A stretch of DNA of 64,000 nucleotides from Octopus sinensis (Eukaryota), in NCBI RefSeq assembly GCF_006345805.1, contig NC_043000.1, positions 36,890,001 to 36,954,000 on the forward strand. The letters are read 5' to 3'. Below, piece after piece: positions 61,989 through 64,000 of this stretch (position 1 is the first letter of the stretch; each line of letters starts with the position of its first letter). The position numbers were made by a program, and so were the translations under genes. The notes under the pieces are model-generated. The model ran no database searches. It was given only the letters and a program-made list of their open reading frames with translations, and was not told the DNA's origin.

Positions 61989-62550
61989 TTGAGCGGGATC
62001 ATTATAGATAATGGTTTGAGTTCATTTAATAAACTGCAGTCTCAATATAGCGTCCCAACGTTTATAAGGTTTTTCTTTCTTTGACACAGCTGAATTATTC
62101 CTGCGAGAGGCTTCCGATTCCATCCGAACTTTGCGTACATATATGCTCACGCAACATTCATGGAAACAAAGACTGCATTTGTTTTCATCATTTCGTATAT
62201 TGGCAATTTTTTTGCTATGGGAGATCTGAAGGAATAAAAACTTTTATGTCTCTTCAAATGCCCCTTGCACTCTGTATATATAACACGCCGTTTACATATT
62301 TTAGTTACAATATTGACTAAAGTCTCTTAATATCTTCTTTAGCACAATAAAAGATTGAAACAAAATACTGTTAATGCGTCAATAAGTTATATTTTTATCG
62401 TATCTACAAAAGAATATGGCAATACTATTAATATTTATTATCAATTCTGTTACATAATGCGAAAATAAATGAAGTTTTCTATTAATTGTATTTTAGATAT
62501 TAAATTTTTGTCTCCGTATTTTTAATTTAAAAATTCCTGTTTTGCATCAG

Positions 62551-62638
62551 TTTGATCTAAATCCATTGATAATAAACGATTCAGATGAATGGCGAGTCAA
62601 CAGGAGACGAAGCCGTGTAATTTACAAACTTCAACGAG
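62551..62638 (+). other. Candidate 88-nt exon
   Basis: cctgttttgcatcag|FDLNPLIINDSDEWRVNRRRSRVIYKLQR|gttaaa; no homolog recognised. Confidence 0.2.
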
Positions 62639-63859
62639 GTTAAATACAAAGATCTATTTATTTAGATGCGTTAAATTTAAATTAAAACTTTAATTGAAAA
62701 CTTTAATATTGATTTTGAAGATGTATTTGTCTGGCACGTGATTTGGCCAGAGACCTTGTGTTAAAATTGAATCAATTAAAATCGCGCAAGAAATATTTTA
62801 ACAATCTAAAAGCACACCAACCCGTTACGTTCATATTTTATGTATTTCGTGACATAACAGTTGATTTTAAGTTTCGCTCAAAGCTGGGCTGTTAACGACT
62901 CAATCCAGTGTATTGAGTACTACAGCAGATAATGTTTGTAGTGTTGAAAATATATTTTAGGATCAATTAAAGTCACATTAAACAGTAATGATAAAATTAA
63001 AGCTGTTTCCATTTATATTTAACTTGTGCTTGTATAGAATGTGTTTCTGCGTCACTAAGCTTCACCAGCGACATACATCAAATATGTTGTTCATAACCCA
63101 TTAAGACTCGCCACTGCCATGCGTAAACGACAAACAATAAATTTTCTGGAGACAGCAAAGCTTTGCTAATCAATTATAAATAAACCAATTAATTAACAAA
63201 AGTCACACTCAGCAGTGGTGATTAAGATAAAGCTGTGTTCGTTATATTTATGTTCACATACCTCGTACAAAATGTGTATAAGGAGATTTTCTCTTCCTAG
63301 CCAGTTACAACAGTGAAGGTCTTTCCAAGTTTGGGTGTAAACAAACGTGTTAAACATAATTGTACGCACCCTCAAACAAAGGGATGAAGATCCTCGTATT
63401 ATCATTTTAAATTAATAACGATCAATCAGTAGAAAATTTTCATATAAATCATTATAATCGGTTTTATATATTTTATTTCCTAATTACGTAATTACGCCGT
63501 CTCACTTAATGAACAAGGGCAGTTATGAGCGTCCACAAAAGAAAAACGTATTTTTCTGTGTTTTGTGGACTTGACATGAATGCATTTGGCTGATCCCTTC
63601 TCCATATAACGGAGCACATAATTCTGTAGAATACATATTTCTCTTTTGCCTCCGATCTACTCAACCAGCGACCATGAAAAACTTTCTACAGAGTTTTCTT
63701 CATCAGCAATAACTCAAAAAAAAAAAAAAACCCAGAAATTACAGTAAAAAGAAATTAACATTTAAAATAACTATCACCAAAATATAACCACTCACCTTTA
63801 TACAAAAAAAACCTTCACTGATCCATTCGTGCTACGAAAGTATGGATTAGAAATTGTTG

Positions 63860-64000
63860 GCAACAGGTCAGCAATTTCGAGGAAAGGATTAAGTCAATTA
63901 CATCGAACCCCAGTGTTCAACAGGACTTGTTTTATCGACCCTAAAATGATGAAAGGTAGAGTCGACTGCCGCGGCATTTGAATTCACAACGTAAAGTTGG
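63860..64000 (-). mobile_element. Family B SINE, degenerate, cut by the window end
   Basis: Reverse complement contains gtcgactctacctttcatc..gggtcgataaaa. Confidence 0.75.

Overview
AT-rich, repeat-dense eukaryotic scaffold with a 100-N gap at 52899-52998. The SINE and microsatellite content looks like an Octopus (coleoid cephalopod) genome; this rests on remembered repeat families, not a search. No intact host protein-coding gene is recognisable. Nearly all interpretable sequence is decayed mobile DNA: Tx1/L1-clade LINEs (three subfamilies), CR1 (three pieces), an RTE LINE, Penelope-like elements with GIY-YIG remnants, mariner, maT (DD37D) and Tigger transposons, MITEs, and several modular tRNA-derived SINE families (labelled A/D, B, C and E here). 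The most interesting object is SINE-E: a tRNA-like Pol III head followed by a minimal hammerhead ribozyme motif. Three copies are present. Its insertions show Penelope-type features (inverted partial copy, 34-nt extra tail, 11-12 bp TSD), suggesting a ribozyme-bearing SINE mobilised by Penelope-like elements. The window also shows SINE-LINE 3'-tail sharing (SINE-B with Tx1, SINE-A/D with CR1), repeated insertion of SINE-B at one site in its own head, and an RT-deleted Tx1 with an in-frame doubled zinc finger. All alignments and counts were done by eye.
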